Shown here: positions 26,832 to 35,660 of the stretch, piece by piece | How the letters are laid out: each line of letters begins with the position of its first letter | How positions within the stretch are numbered: the first letter of the stretch is position 1 | The notes under the pieces: generated by a model | What the model saw: the letters and a program-made list of their open reading frames with translations, nothing else | Database searches by the model: none | Told to the model about the DNA's origin: nothing | Translations under genes and position numbers: made by a program | Origin: Escherichia phage vB_EcoM_C2-3 | Reading direction: 5' to 3' (one strand) | DNA: 64,000 bases | Sequence record: OK076929.1

Positions 26832-28645
26832 CAATTGAAAAAGAAATTGAAGGATTGATTCATAAAACTAATAAAGACCTTTTAAACGAGAATGCTAATA
26901 AAGATTCTCGTGTTTTTCCAACTCAACGGGACCTTATGGCTGGTATTGTGTCTAAACACATTGCCAAAAATATGGTCCCGTCTTTTATTATGAAAGCGCA
27001 TGAAAGCGGAATTATTCATTTCCATGATATTGATTATTCCCCTGCTCTTCCATTTACTAATTGTTGTTTAGTAGATTTAAAAGGAATGCTTGAAAACGGA
27101 TTTAAGCTTGGTAATGCGCAGATTGAAACTCCTAAATCAATTGGCGTTGCTACTGCAATTATGGCACAAATTACTGCACAGGTTGCTTCTCACCAATACG
27201 GCGGAACGACTTTTGCTAATGTAGATAAAGTACTTTCTCCTTATGTTAAACGCACCTATGCAAAACATATTGAGGATGCAGAAAAATGGCAAATCGCCGA
27301 TGCACTGAATTATGCCCAATCTAAAACAGAAAAAGACGTATACGATGCATTCCAAGCTTATGAATATGAAGTAAATACTCTCTTTAGTTCAAACGGACAG
27401 ACTCCTTTTGTAACAATTACATTTGGTACAGGAACTGACTGGACTGAACGAATGATTCAGAAAGCAATTTTGAAAAATCGTATTAAAGGTCTTGGTCGTG
27501 ATGGGATAACTCCTATTTTCCCTAAACTTGTTATGTTCGTTGAAGAAGGTGTTAACCTTTATAAAGACGACCCGAACTATGATATTAAGCAGCTTGCTCT
27601 AGAGTGTGCAAGCAAAAGGATGTATCCTGATATTATTTCAGTTAAGAACAATAAAGCTATCACCGGTTCATCTATTCCTGTTTCTCCAATGGGTTGTCGT
27701 AGTTTCTTGAGTGTATGGAAAGATTCGACTGGTAATGAAATTCTTGATGGACGTAATAATCTTGGTGTTGTAACACTGAATCTTCCTCGTATTGCGTTGG
27801 ATTCTTATATTGGAACACAGTTCAATGAACAGAAATTTACTGAATTGTTCAATGAGCGAATGGATTTATGTTTTGAAGCTTTGATGTGTAGAATTAGTTC
27901 CTTAAAAGGAGTTAAAGCGACTGTTGCTCCTATTCTTTACCAAGAAGGTGCATTCGGGGTTCGTCTTAAACCTGATGACGATATAATTGAGTTATTTAAA
28001 AATGGTAGAAGTTCAGTGTCTTTAGGATACATTGGTATTCACGAATTGAATATTCTTGTCGGTCGTGATATTGGACGAGAAATTTTAACTAAAATGAATG
28101 CTCATCTTAAACAGTGGACTGAAAGAACTGGATTTGCTTTTAGTTTATATTCGACTCCTGCTGAAAACCTTTGTTATCGCTTCTGTAAACTTGATACAGA
28201 AAAATATGGAAGTGTAAAGGATGTTACTGATAAAGGCTGGTACACTAATAGTTTCCATGTTTCAGTAGAAGAAAATATTACTCCGTTTGAAAAGATTTCT
28301 CGTGAAGCCCCATATCATTTCATTGCGACAGGTGGTCACATTTCTTATGTTGAACTTCCTGATATGAAAAATAACCTAAAAGGTCTTGAGGCTGTCTGGG
28401 ATTATGCTGCACAACATTTAGATTATTTTGGTGTTAACATGCCAGTAGATAAATGTTTTACGTGTGGAAGTACCCATGAAATGACTCCTACTGAAAACGG
28501 ATTTGTTTGTTCTATTTGTGGAGAAACTGACCCTAAAAAGATGAACACAATAAGAAGAACATGCGGATATCTTGGAACTCCTAGCGCTGTCCCATGGAAT
28601 TTAGGTAAAATGAAAGAAATGGTAAAACGAGTAAAACATGCATAG
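26828..28645 (+). CDS. nrdD: anaerobic ribonucleoside-triphosphate reductase NrdD (uninterrupted)
   Basis: 605 aa continuous ORF; C-terminal zinc ribbon CFTCG...CSICG and glycyl radical motif RTCGYLG. Confidence 0.95.
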   Translation: MTIEKEIEGLIHKTNKDLLNENANKDSRVFPTQRDLMAGIVSKHIAKNMVPSFIMKAHESGIIHFHDIDYSPALPFTNCCLVDLKGMLENGFKLGNAQIETPKSIGVATAIMAQITAQVASHQYGGTTFANVDKVLSPYVKRTYAKHIEDAEKWQIADALNYAQSKTEKDVYDAFQAYEYEVNTLFSSNGQTPFVTITFGTGTDWTERMIQKAILKNRIKGLGRDGITPIFPKLVMFVEEGVNLYKDDPNYDIKQLALECASKRMYPDIISVKNNKAITGSSIPVSPMGCRSFLSVWKDSTGNEILDGRNNLGVVTLNLPRIALDSYIGTQFNEQKFTELFNERMDLCFEALMCRISSLKGVKATVAPILYQEGAFGVRLKPDDDIIELFKNGRSSVSLGYIGIHELNILVGRDIGREILTKMNAHLKQWTERTGFAFSLYSTPAENLCYRFCKLDTEKYGSVKDVTDKGWYTNSFHVSVEENITPFEKISREAPYHFIATGGHISYVELPDMKNNLKGLEAVWDYAAQHLDYFGVNMPVDKCFTCGSTHEMTPTENGFVCSICGETDPKKMNTIRRTCGYLGTPSAVPWNLGKMKEMVKRVKHA

Positions 28646-29468
28646 GTATTATATAATTTATAAAATAACAAATATAATTAATTCAAAGGAATATATCGGT
28701 GCGCATAGCACCGATAACATAAATGACGGTTATATGGGGTCAGGAACATTGATTCGTGCCGCTTTATTAAAATATGGTAGAAAAAATTTTAATAAAGAAA
28801 TTTTACATGTTTTTGATAATGAAAAACAAATGTATGATAAAGAAGCTGAACTCGTAACCGAAGAGTATTGTCTAAAAGAAAATACATATAATATTAAACC
28901 TGGTGGAAAAGGTGGAACTGCCTATGAACAGACACTTGAACATCGCCGCAAAAATAGTTTAGCAAATAAAGGTAAAAAGAGAACAGAAGAAACTAAAATA
29001 GCTATTTCACGTGCTTTAAAGAAATATAAACGTACGCCAGAGCATCAAGCAAATTTAAATAAAGCCGTAAGCATAGCTATGAAGCGAAAAGATGTTAGAA
29101 GTAAATTAGCTGGAGAGCGGTCTGAGAAAGATAAATTATCTATATCAAACGGTGTTAAAAAATATTACAATTCTTTGAGTGAAGAAGAACGCGAACTTCA
29201 TCGCAAGCGAATTATTGAAGGTAAAAAGAATTCTCCCATGTCATTGGAATCTAGACAAAAGCTTTCAAAAGCTTTAAAAGGACTTCAAGTTGGTTCAAAA
29301 AATCCAATGTATGGAAAAATTTCTCCAACTAGCAAAACCGTTTCAGTTGACGGTATTAAATATGATTCAATTAAAAAGTGCTCAAATGCCATAAAAGTTT
29401 CTAGACATCTTATACTAAAACGCTGTAATTCTACTGATGAAGCTTGGAAAAATTGGATATTATTATGA
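28638..29468 (+). CDS. free-standing GIY-YIG homing endonuclease (Seg-like)
   Basis: N-terminal YYIIYKITN...KEYIGAHS GIY-YIG motif, Lys/Arg-rich DNA-binding tail; overlaps nrdD stop and nrdG start. Confidence 0.7.
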   Translation: MHRYYIIYKITNIINSKEYIGAHSTDNINDGYMGSGTLIRAALLKYGRKNFNKEILHVFDNEKQMYDKEAELVTEEYCLKENTYNIKPGGKGGTAYEQTLEHRRKNSLANKGKKRTEETKIAISRALKKYKRTPEHQANLNKAVSIAMKRKDVRSKLAGERSEKDKLSISNGVKKYYNSLSEEERELHRKRIIEGKKNSPMSLESRQKLSKALKGLQVGSKNPMYGKISPTSKTVSVDGIKYDSIKKCSNAIKVSRHLILKRCNSTDEAWKNWILL

Positions 29469-29935
29469 ATTATGATAGATTTTATCCTTGCGATTTTGTG
29501 AATGGCCCTGGTTGCAGGGTCGTTCTTTTCGTTACAGGTTGTTTGCATAAATGTGAAGGGTGTTATAATAAATCAACATGGAATGCTAGAAATGGTATTC
29601 CATTCACTGGTGAAACACTAGAACAATTAATTGAATGTTTGAATAATGATTATATAGAAGGATTAACTATAACTGGAGGAGACCCTCTCTATCCTGATAA
29701 TCGAGATGTTATTCATTGCATTGTTCAAACAGTAAAAAATCTTTATCCAAATAAAAGCATTTGGTTGTGGACAGGATATAAGTTTGAAGATATTAAACAA
29801 CTAGAAATGCTTAAATATGTTGATGTTATTATTGATGGGAAGTATGAGAAAAATCTTCCGACCAAAAAGCTGTGGAGAGGATCAGATAATCAGCGGCTTT
29901 GGTCAAATACCGATGGGGTGTGGAAACATGATTAA
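29465..29935 (+). CDS. nrdG: anaerobic RNR activating enzyme NrdG (radical SAM)
   Basis: 156 aa from MNYDRFYP; CxxxCxxC radical SAM motif CLHKCEGC. Confidence 0.9.
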   Translation: MNYDRFYPCDFVNGPGCRVVLFVTGCLHKCEGCYNKSTWNARNGIPFTGETLEQLIECLNNDYIEGLTITGGDPLYPDNRDVIHCIVQTVKNLYPNKSIWLWTGYKFEDIKQLEMLKYVDVIIDGKYEKNLPTKKLWRGSDNQRLWSNTDGVWKHD

Positions 29936-30050
29936 ATTGAATTACATTATGGATACTATAAATGATATGATTTTTCATTTTGGTCCAGAATTTTATTCGC
30001 AGTATAGTTTAGTGCTTATCAATGCTTGGTTAATCAATTAAGGGTAAAAT

Positions 30051-30266
30051 ATGTATAAATTTCGTAAAGGTTTAGCTGATTTTCTTACAACTGTAACATT
30101 CTTTCTGTTTATGGCAGTTGGAGCTATTTTCCTTATTCCTTTTATTGCTATATTTTTCGTGATTAGTTTGATTTCTCCAGAAAAGGGTTTATCTTCTAGC
30201 GAGTTCAATGAGCGTCTGGATAAAATTACTAACAAGCTGAATTCTGTTCTTGATAAAAAGGCTTAA
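30051..30266 (+). CDS. hypothetical membrane protein (71 aa)
   Basis: Long hydrophobic helix. Confidence 0.5.
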   Translation: MYKFRKGLADFLTTVTFFLFMAVGAIFLIPFIAIFFVISLISPEKGLSSSEFNERLDKITNKLNSVLDKKA

Positions 30267-30268
30267 TT

Positions 30269-30580
30269 ATGATTAGTTTTGAGCGGTACGTGGTAGAGAG
30301 TTGGAAGGGTTTTGATATGTTCGGTAATGACTATTATTTTTACGAATGTAATCTAAATCCTAGTTTTTGGGCTGGACGTGAACGAGATCTCGAAGAAATT
30401 AATGCTCGTGCCGAATTGTTAGGTGAATTGCCTACGGTTTATTTTACCTTTGATGCGTCTGGATTTGTTATCCAGGTTTATTTTCCTGAAGAAAACTCTG
30501 GTGAGGATTCTGTTAATCCTCCTTATTGGGCTTACCAAGGAATTATTTCTCGTGGAACAAAACTCGAACTTAAAGAATAA
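30269..30580 (+). CDS. hypothetical protein (103 aa)
   Basis: ORF track. Confidence 0.5.
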   Translation: MISFERYVVESWKGFDMFGNDYYFYECNLNPSFWAGRERDLEEINARAELLGELPTVYFTFDASGFVIQVYFPEENSGEDSVNPPYWAYQGIISRGTKLELKE

Positions 30581-30581
30581 G

Positions 30582-30875
30582 ATTGAAGTCTATGGAATTC
30601 CAGATGAAGTAGGTCGTTGTCCTGGATGTCAATCAGTTACAAAACTTCTAAAGGAGCTCAATGCTCCTTTTACTTTCTATAAAGTTCTTACAAATAACGG
30701 TAAGATTGAGTATGATCGTCCTCTGATTGTATCTCTTGCTAAACGCGCTGGATTCACATCTCTTAACATTCGTTATCCAGTCATTTTCATTAATGATTCT
30801 AGACAAAAGAACATTAAACACTTCAAAGAAACTCTCATTTCACTTGGATATGATAGAGATATCATAGAAGATTAA
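30582..30875 (+). CDS. nrdH: glutaredoxin-like NrdH (start codon uncertain, no in-frame ATG)
   Basis: CPGC redox motif and thioredoxin-fold-like sequence; frame opens with ATT after upstream TAA; ORF-track extension 30423 rejected. Confidence 0.5.
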   Translation: MEVYGIPDEVGRCPGCQSVTKLLKELNAPFTFYKVLTNNGKIEYDRPLIVSLAKRAGFTSLNIRYPVIFINDSRQKNIKHFKETLISLGYDRDIIED

Positions 30876-30878
30876 GAC

Positions 30879-30899
30879 GGGCCCTCTGGGCCTTTCTTT
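30879..30899 (+). terminator. intrinsic terminator hairpin (gggcc-ctctg-ggcct + T-rich)
   Basis: GC stem followed by tttctttct. Confidence 0.5.
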
Positions 30900-30973
30900 C
30901 TCACATTCTGTATATTACCATTCTAAGCTATCGTTCCTTTCTTATCATTCCCTAAAATATTTTTCACAAAGTT

Positions 30974-31003
30974 GTTTACAACAAGTTCAAACCGTGGTAT
31001 TAT
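30974..31003 (+). promoter_or_regulatory. early promoter
   Basis: gtttac 30974-30979, 18 bp, tattat 30998-31003. Confidence 0.5.
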
Positions 31004-31033
31004 TAACATATGAATTACCTTTGAGGAATTGAT

Positions 31034-31216
31034 ATGGTTGTGGTTGATAAAGAAATTAAAAAGGGACAATATTATTTTATTAATGGTAATATTGTTCGTG
31101 TTACTTATGTAAACGGTTTTGAAGTTTATTATCTTATACTCAAGTTACATAAACAGATGATTTGTGACCGCGCTGTATTTAGTTCAGTTGCTAAGGAAAT
31201 TAAACTCCATGGGTAA
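31034..31216 (+). CDS. hypothetical protein (60 aa)
   Basis: ORF track. Confidence 0.45.
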   Translation: MVVVDKEIKKGQYYFINGNIVRVTYVNGFEVYYLILKLHKQMICDRAVFSSVAKEIKLHG

Positions 31217-31502
31217 AACGTATCGTCGTAAAGACTTGAAAGTTCGTGATTATGACTATTTTGGAAAGCGTAAAGCTCCAGACGGTGTAAGTCATAAAGA
31301 TATGGTTGAAAACATTTTTCGCTCAGATAAATGGCGTAGAATGAAAGGCATTGATTCAGAAGTTAAAGATGAGTTAAATCGTCAATTACGCGGTGAAGTA
31401 AGAAAGTTGAAAAAATCAGTTTACATTGACGATGATTTTGATTATAATACTTCTCAACGAGTTGCTAAACGTAAATCAAACGAGTGTTATCGTTACAGCT
31501 GA
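31209..31502 (+). CDS. hypothetical basic protein (about 97 aa)
   Basis: Start moved to ATG 31209; Lys/Arg-rich. Confidence 0.45.
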   Translation: MGKTYRRKDLKVRDYDYFGKRKAPDGVSHKDMVENIFRSDKWRRMKGIDSEVKDELNRQLRGEVRKLKKSVYIDDDFDYNTSQRVAKRKSNECYRYS

Positions 31503-31509
31503 GGAAATT

Positions 31510-31641
31510 ATGAATATCAAACGAATGCTTTTTAAGCAGGGGTTATACACTTTAAATGTTACTCCAAAAGGTGATACAACTAAGTGGTCAGTAAATGACT
31601 GGATTAAATTTATTGATGAAAATGGTAACTGGAAAATTTAA
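31510..31641 (+). CDS. hypothetical small protein (43 aa)
   Basis: ATG after GAGGAAA SD. Confidence 0.35.
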   Translation: MNIKRMLFKQGLYTLNVTPKGDTTKWSVNDWIKFIDENGNWKI

Positions 31642-31842
31642 ATGAATCCTGAATCTAAATTATCGCAGCGAATTGCCGAAGCTCGTCGTCAGTTCTTTGA
31701 AAATATGATAGCCCAAGGTATTGATGATGAAGTTTTTCTAAACTGGTTTTGGAATCACAAATATTCAAGTTGCTCAGGAGCAATATTAATATCAGCCGCA
31801 ATGATGTATGAAGGCTGGAAGGGTGCCAAAAAGTTTAGCTAA
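31642..31842 (+). CDS. hypothetical protein (66 aa)
   Basis: ORF track; ATGA overlap. Confidence 0.5.
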   Translation: MNPESKLSQRIAEARRQFFENMIAQGIDDEVFLNWFWNHKYSSCSGAILISAAMMYEGWKGAKKFS

Positions 31843-31860
31843 GGGCTTCGGCCCTTTTTG
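31842..31860 (+). terminator. intrinsic terminator (agggc-ttcg-gccct + TTTTT)
   Basis: UUCG-loop hairpin with T-run. Confidence 0.6.
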
Positions 31861-31894
31861 GATAATAAAATTTTAACGTAATTGAGGATAATGT

Positions 31895-32221
31895 ATGACT
31901 ATTCAAATTAAAAACGTCATTAATTCTTACGCATATGATAAAGTAGTTTCTTTGCTAGAAAAAGGCGATATTGTAACTCCTCAAATTTTGGATAAATGGG
32001 AAAAAGAGCTTCATCAGACGATGAAACAGAATGATCAGAAGATTGGACGCAATACTGTCCGTGAATTGTTGGTTCAATATATCTTGTCAGAATTTGATGT
32101 TAAAGCTTTTGGTGTAGAATCTAAAGCTTATCAAAAGCATGAAATTTCCGATAAAACTATTCGTCGCATGAAAAATCAACGCAAGAAAAAATTTGCAGAC
32201 CTGAAAATTACTAAGGTATAA
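31895..32221 (+). CDS. hypothetical protein (108 aa)
   Basis: ORF track; GAGG SD. Confidence 0.55.
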   Translation: MTIQIKNVINSYAYDKVVSLLEKGDIVTPQILDKWEKELHQTMKQNDQKIGRNTVRELLVQYILSEFDVKAFGVESKAYQKHEISDKTIRRMKNQRKKKFADLKITKV

Positions 32222-32223
32222 TT

Positions 32224-32439
32224 ATGAACGAAGCTCTTATTAACGATTTACGTCTTGCTGGGTATGAAGTAAATACAAATGGCATTGGTTTAACTCAAAT
32301 TGAAGGAAACGGATTCATCCTTGAGTATGAATTTAGCCAATGGTGGTTATATGCCAATTACGGCGAATTGATTGAATATGTTGATCAATTTGATTCACTA
32401 GATGCAGCTCTTGAAGCGGCTAAGTTGATGAATGTATGA
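32224..32439 (+). CDS. hypothetical protein (71 aa)
   Basis: ORF track. Confidence 0.5.
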   Translation: MNEALINDLRLAGYEVNTNGIGLTQIEGNGFILEYEFSQWWLYANYGELIEYVDQFDSLDAALEAAKLMNV

Positions 32440-32705
32440 AATTTATTAATATTTCTATTACTATTGAAAATTATGGCATTTTCTATGTTGACCAATACAT
32501 GAAAATTTCATTTTTCCCAAATAAGACTGGTGTTGGATATTGGGAAAGCCATGTTTCTGAATTAAATGAAAGTGAATATGTTAGTACACATGAAAAGTTT
32601 TTAGACTTTTTATATCATGCTGATCTAACTAGTCATTATATAGATATTCATGAATTTAAAAAGATGATGGAGAAAGTATTCCAAGCATACTGTTTACTTA
32701 GATAA
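32436..32705 (+). CDS. hypothetical protein (89 aa)
   Basis: ORF track. Confidence 0.5.
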   Translation: MKFINISITIENYGIFYVDQYMKISFFPNKTGVGYWESHVSELNESEYVSTHEKFLDFLYHADLTSHYIDIHEFKKMMEKVFQAYCLLR

Positions 32706-32716
32706 CTGATATCCTC

Positions 32717-32755
32717 TATGCTTTAAGATAGATCTTCAAATATTATGATATAATA
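32717..32755 (+). promoter_or_regulatory. candidate MotA-dependent middle promoter upstream of gene 55
   Basis: MotA-box-like taTGCTTTA at 32717-32725; downstream TATTAT/TATAAT; spacing not canonical. Confidence 0.3.
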
Positions 32756-32783
32756 GATCTATGAATTGAGCTAAGAGGTGAAA

Positions 32784-33341
32784 ATGTCAGAAACTAAGCC
32801 TAAATATAATTACGTAAACAATAAAGAGCTTTTACAAGCTATTATTGATTGGAAAACAGAATTAGCAAATAATAAAGACCCAAATAAAGTAGTTCGTCAG
32901 AATGATACTATCGGATTAGCCATTATGCTTATTGCAGAAGGCTTATCTAAACGTTTCAACTTTTCAGGATACACCCAGTCTTGGAAACAAGAAATGATTG
33001 CAGATGGTATAGAAGCTTCTATTAAGGGGCTTCATAATTTTGATGAAACGAAATATAAAAACCCACATGCATATATAACTCAAGCTTGTTTTAATGCATT
33101 CGTCCAGCGTATTAAAAAAGAACGTAAGGAAGTTGCAAAGAAATATAGTTACTTCGTTCACAATGTCTATGACAGTCGTGACGACGATATGGTTGCGTTA
33201 GTAGATGAAACTTTTATTCAAGACATCTACGATAAAATGACGCATTACGAAGAATCAACCTATAGAACACCGGGGGCTGAAAAGAAAAGTGTTGTAGACG
33301 ATTCTCCTAGTTTGGATTTTTTATATGAGGCTAACGATTAA
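32784..33341 (+). CDS. 55: late-transcription sigma factor gp55
   Basis: 185 aa from [10 protein letters not shown], recognised as T4 gp55. Confidence 0.9.
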
Positions 33342-33543
33342 CCTCTCCGGATTCTTGGAAGAAATACCTGAAGTTGAAGCTATTCCCTATTTACTTAAAA
33401 TGTATCTCAGGGAAGTTTTAGCTCTTGACATTGATATTGATCCAGAAAATCCGTATGATACCGCTTTTAAATCTAATGGTGTAGAATTAAATTACAGGTA
33501 TCATTTAACAGATGATGATTTTTATTTTATATTAGAGAAATAA
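33325..33543 (+). CDS. hypothetical protein (72 aa)
   Basis: ORF track. Confidence 0.45.
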
Positions 33544-33544
33544 T

Positions 33545-33862
33545 ATGACTGATAAACCCGAAATTAATGATGAAGTGGAAAAGCTTATTTCTTCTATTGA
33601 AGAAAAGAACCGTCTTGAAGCAGAAAGAAAAGCAAATAAGTTATTGTCTAAAAACAAACGCGAACTGAATCGTCTTTATAAGCACGCTCAGATTGCAGCT
33701 GAAAACAATAATTTTGCTCAATACGAATATGCTATCAAGAAAAGTCGGGATATTCTAAAACAGCCATATAACGATGAACTCATCAGTATTCTTTGGAAGA
33801 CTACTAGATCGCAAATTGAGGATATGATTGATGCTTACACACGTAAAATTCAAGCGTCTTAA
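33545..33862 (+). CDS. hypothetical protein (105 aa)
   Basis: ORF track. Confidence 0.5.
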   Translation: MTDKPEINDEVEKLISSIEEKNRLEAERKANKLLSKNKRELNRLYKHAQIAAENNNFAQYEYAIKKSRDILKQPYNDELISILWKTTRSQIEDMIDAYTRKIQAS

Positions 33863-34034
33863 AATTAATGCAGGATTTACTGAATCTTTGAATGGTCATC
33901 TTTGTGTGAAAATTTCTGAAAAAGAATACCATGATAGTTCAATTAAAGAAGTTAATCCTCCTATTGTAAGAGCAGACCCTAATATGAAAGTGTGGGTTGA
34001 TTCTTATCAAGTCAAAAAATGGTGGCAGTTATGA
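33828..34034 (+). CDS. hypothetical protein (68 aa)
   Basis: ORF track. Confidence 0.45.
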   Translation: MMLTHVKFKRLKINAGFTESLNGHLCVKISEKEYHDSSIKEVNPPIVRADPNMKVWVDSYQVKKWWQL

Positions 34035-34037
34035 AAG

Positions 34038-34211
34038 ATGAACATCCAGACTTCTGAAATAGATTATAATAAAATTCGTTCCTCTAAAGTAGAAATGATG
34101 AGACGCTTTAAAGAGTCTCATGATAAAGCTAAAGCAGAAGGAACTATAAAATATAAGCGCATAAAATTTAAAAGTTCTAACGAGCCTCTGTATGGCGTAT
34201 TATGTGGATAG
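34038..34211 (+). CDS. hypothetical small protein (57 aa)
   Basis: Small ORF below size cutoff ending at hairpin. Confidence 0.35.
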   Translation: MNIQTSEIDYNKIRSSKVEMMRRFKESHDKAKAEGTIKYKRIKFKSSNEPLYGVLCG

Positions 34212-34225
34212 GAGCTTCGGCTCCT
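34211..34225 (+). terminator. hairpin (ggagc-ttcg-gctcc), weak terminator
   Basis: UUCG-loop stem; poor T-run. Confidence 0.35.
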
Positions 34226-34277
34226 ATATTGCTTTATAAATTTTTGGTAAAATAAACCAAAACAAAGAGGATATTAA

Positions 34278-35480
34278 ATGAAAGTATGTATTTTTATGGC
34301 TCGAGGTCTTGAAGGTTGCGGTGTAACTAAATTTTCTCTTGAGCAGCGTGATTGGTTTATTAAAAATGGTCATGAAGTAACTTTGGTTTATGCTAAAGAT
34401 AAATCATTTACTCGTAATTGTGCGCATGATTATAAATCATTTTCAATTCCGGTTTTATTGGCAAAAGAATACGATAAAACACTTAAGCTGGTAAATGATT
34501 GTGATATTCTAATTATCAATTCAGTTCCTGCTACTTCAGTTGAAGAAGACACTATTAATAACTATAAAAAAATTATTGATAACATTAAACCTTCGGTTCG
34601 TGTTGTAGTTTATCAACATGACCATTCTTCTCTTTCTTTGCGCCGAAATTTGGGATTAGAAGAAACTGTTCGTCGAGCTGATGTTATTTTTAGTCATTCT
34701 GATAATGGCGATTTTAATAAAGTTCTGATGAAAGAATGGTATCCTGAAACAGTTTCTCTGTTTGATGATATTGAAGAAGCACCGACAGTATATAACTTTC
34801 AGCCTCCTATGGATATTGCGAAGGTTCGGTCAACCTACTGGAAAGATGTTTCTGAAATTAACATGAATATCAACCGTTGGATTGGTCGTACGACTACATG
34901 GAAAGGTTTTTATCAGATGTTTGATTTTCATGAAAAACATCTTAAACCTGCAGGACTAAGTACTATTATGGAAGGTCTGGAACGTTCTCCAGCGTTCATT
35001 CCTATTAAAGAAAAAGGAATTCCATACGAGTATTATCGTCTTCATCAAGTAGACCAAATTAAAATTGCTCCTAATTTGCCAACGCAAATTCTTGACCGTT
35101 ATGTAAATAGCGAAATGCTTGAACGCATGAGTAAATCCGGATTTGGTTATCAGCTGAGTAAGTTGGACAAAAAATATCTACAACGTTCTTTAGAATATAC
35201 TCATCTCGAGCTTGGTGCATGTGGAACAATTCCGGTATTTTGGAAATCTACTGGCGAAAATTTAAAATTCCGTGTTGATAATACTCCTTTGACCTCGCAT
35301 GATAGCGGTATCATTTGGTTTGATGAAAATGACATGGAATCAACATTTGAACGTATTAAAGAACTGTCATCTGACCGAACTCTTTATGACCGTGAACGCG
35401 AAAAAGCTTATGAATTTTTGTATCAGCATCAAGATTCAAGCTTCTGCTTTAAAGAACAGTTTGACATTATTACAAAATAA
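34278..35480 (+). CDS. a-gt: DNA alpha-glucosyltransferase
   Basis: 400 aa, recognised as T4 alpha-gt. Confidence 0.9.
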   Translation: MKVCIFMARGLEGCGVTKFSLEQRDWFIKNGHEVTLVYAKDKSFTRNCAHDYKSFSIPVLLAKEYDKTLKLVNDCDILIINSVPATSVEEDTINNYKKIIDNIKPSVRVVVYQHDHSSLSLRRNLGLEETVRRADVIFSHSDNGDFNKVLMKEWYPETVSLFDDIEEAPTVYNFQPPMDIAKVRSTYWKDVSEINMNINRWIGRTTTWKGFYQMFDFHEKHLKPAGLSTIMEGLERSPAFIPIKEKGIPYEYYRLHQVDQIKIAPNLPTQILDRYVNSEMLERMSKSGFGYQLSKLDKKYLQRSLEYTHLELGACGTIPVFWKSTGENLKFRVDNTPLTSHDSGIIWFDENDMESTFERIKELSSDRTLYDREREKAYEFLYQHQDSSFCFKEQFDIITK

Positions 35481-35497
35481 AGGGCTTCGGCCCTTTA
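35481..35497 (+). terminator. hairpin (agggc-ttcg-gccct)
   Basis: UUCG-loop stem directly after a-gt stop. Confidence 0.5.
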
Positions 35498-35519
35498 GCT
35501 TTATACGGAGTTTGATATA

Positions 35520-35660
35520 ATGATATTTCTTGGATATGTGATACTTTTTCTTGCATTTTATCTATTCACTAGAGCATGTTGGATTGGGTTCTTTAGCACA
35601 CCAGATGGGTTTATTTCAATAATTTTATTTTGCATTTCAATGACGGTTCTTGATATATGA
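35520..35660 (+). CDS. hypothetical small membrane peptide (46 aa)
   Basis: Hydrophobic small ORF, ATGA-coupled to gene 47. Confidence 0.35.
   Translation: MIFLGYVILFLAFYLFTRACWIGFFSTPDGFISIILFCISMTVLDI

Noticed and set aside
26828-28645. Group I intron in nrdD as in T4
   Set aside because: The NrdD reading frame is continuous for 605 codons with the glycyl radical and zinc-ribbon motifs intact; no interruption.
29817-30041. ORF 29817..30041 (74 aa) overlapping the end of nrdG
   Set aside because: Most of it overlaps nrdG in another frame; only a short tail downstream of nrdG is free, without convincing RBS.
30423-30581. Upstream extension of ORF 30423..30875 (MNCLRFILPL...)
   Set aside because: Overlaps ORF 30269..30580 almost entirely in another frame and is low-complexity hydrophobic; only the glutaredoxin-like part from about 30582 is plausible.
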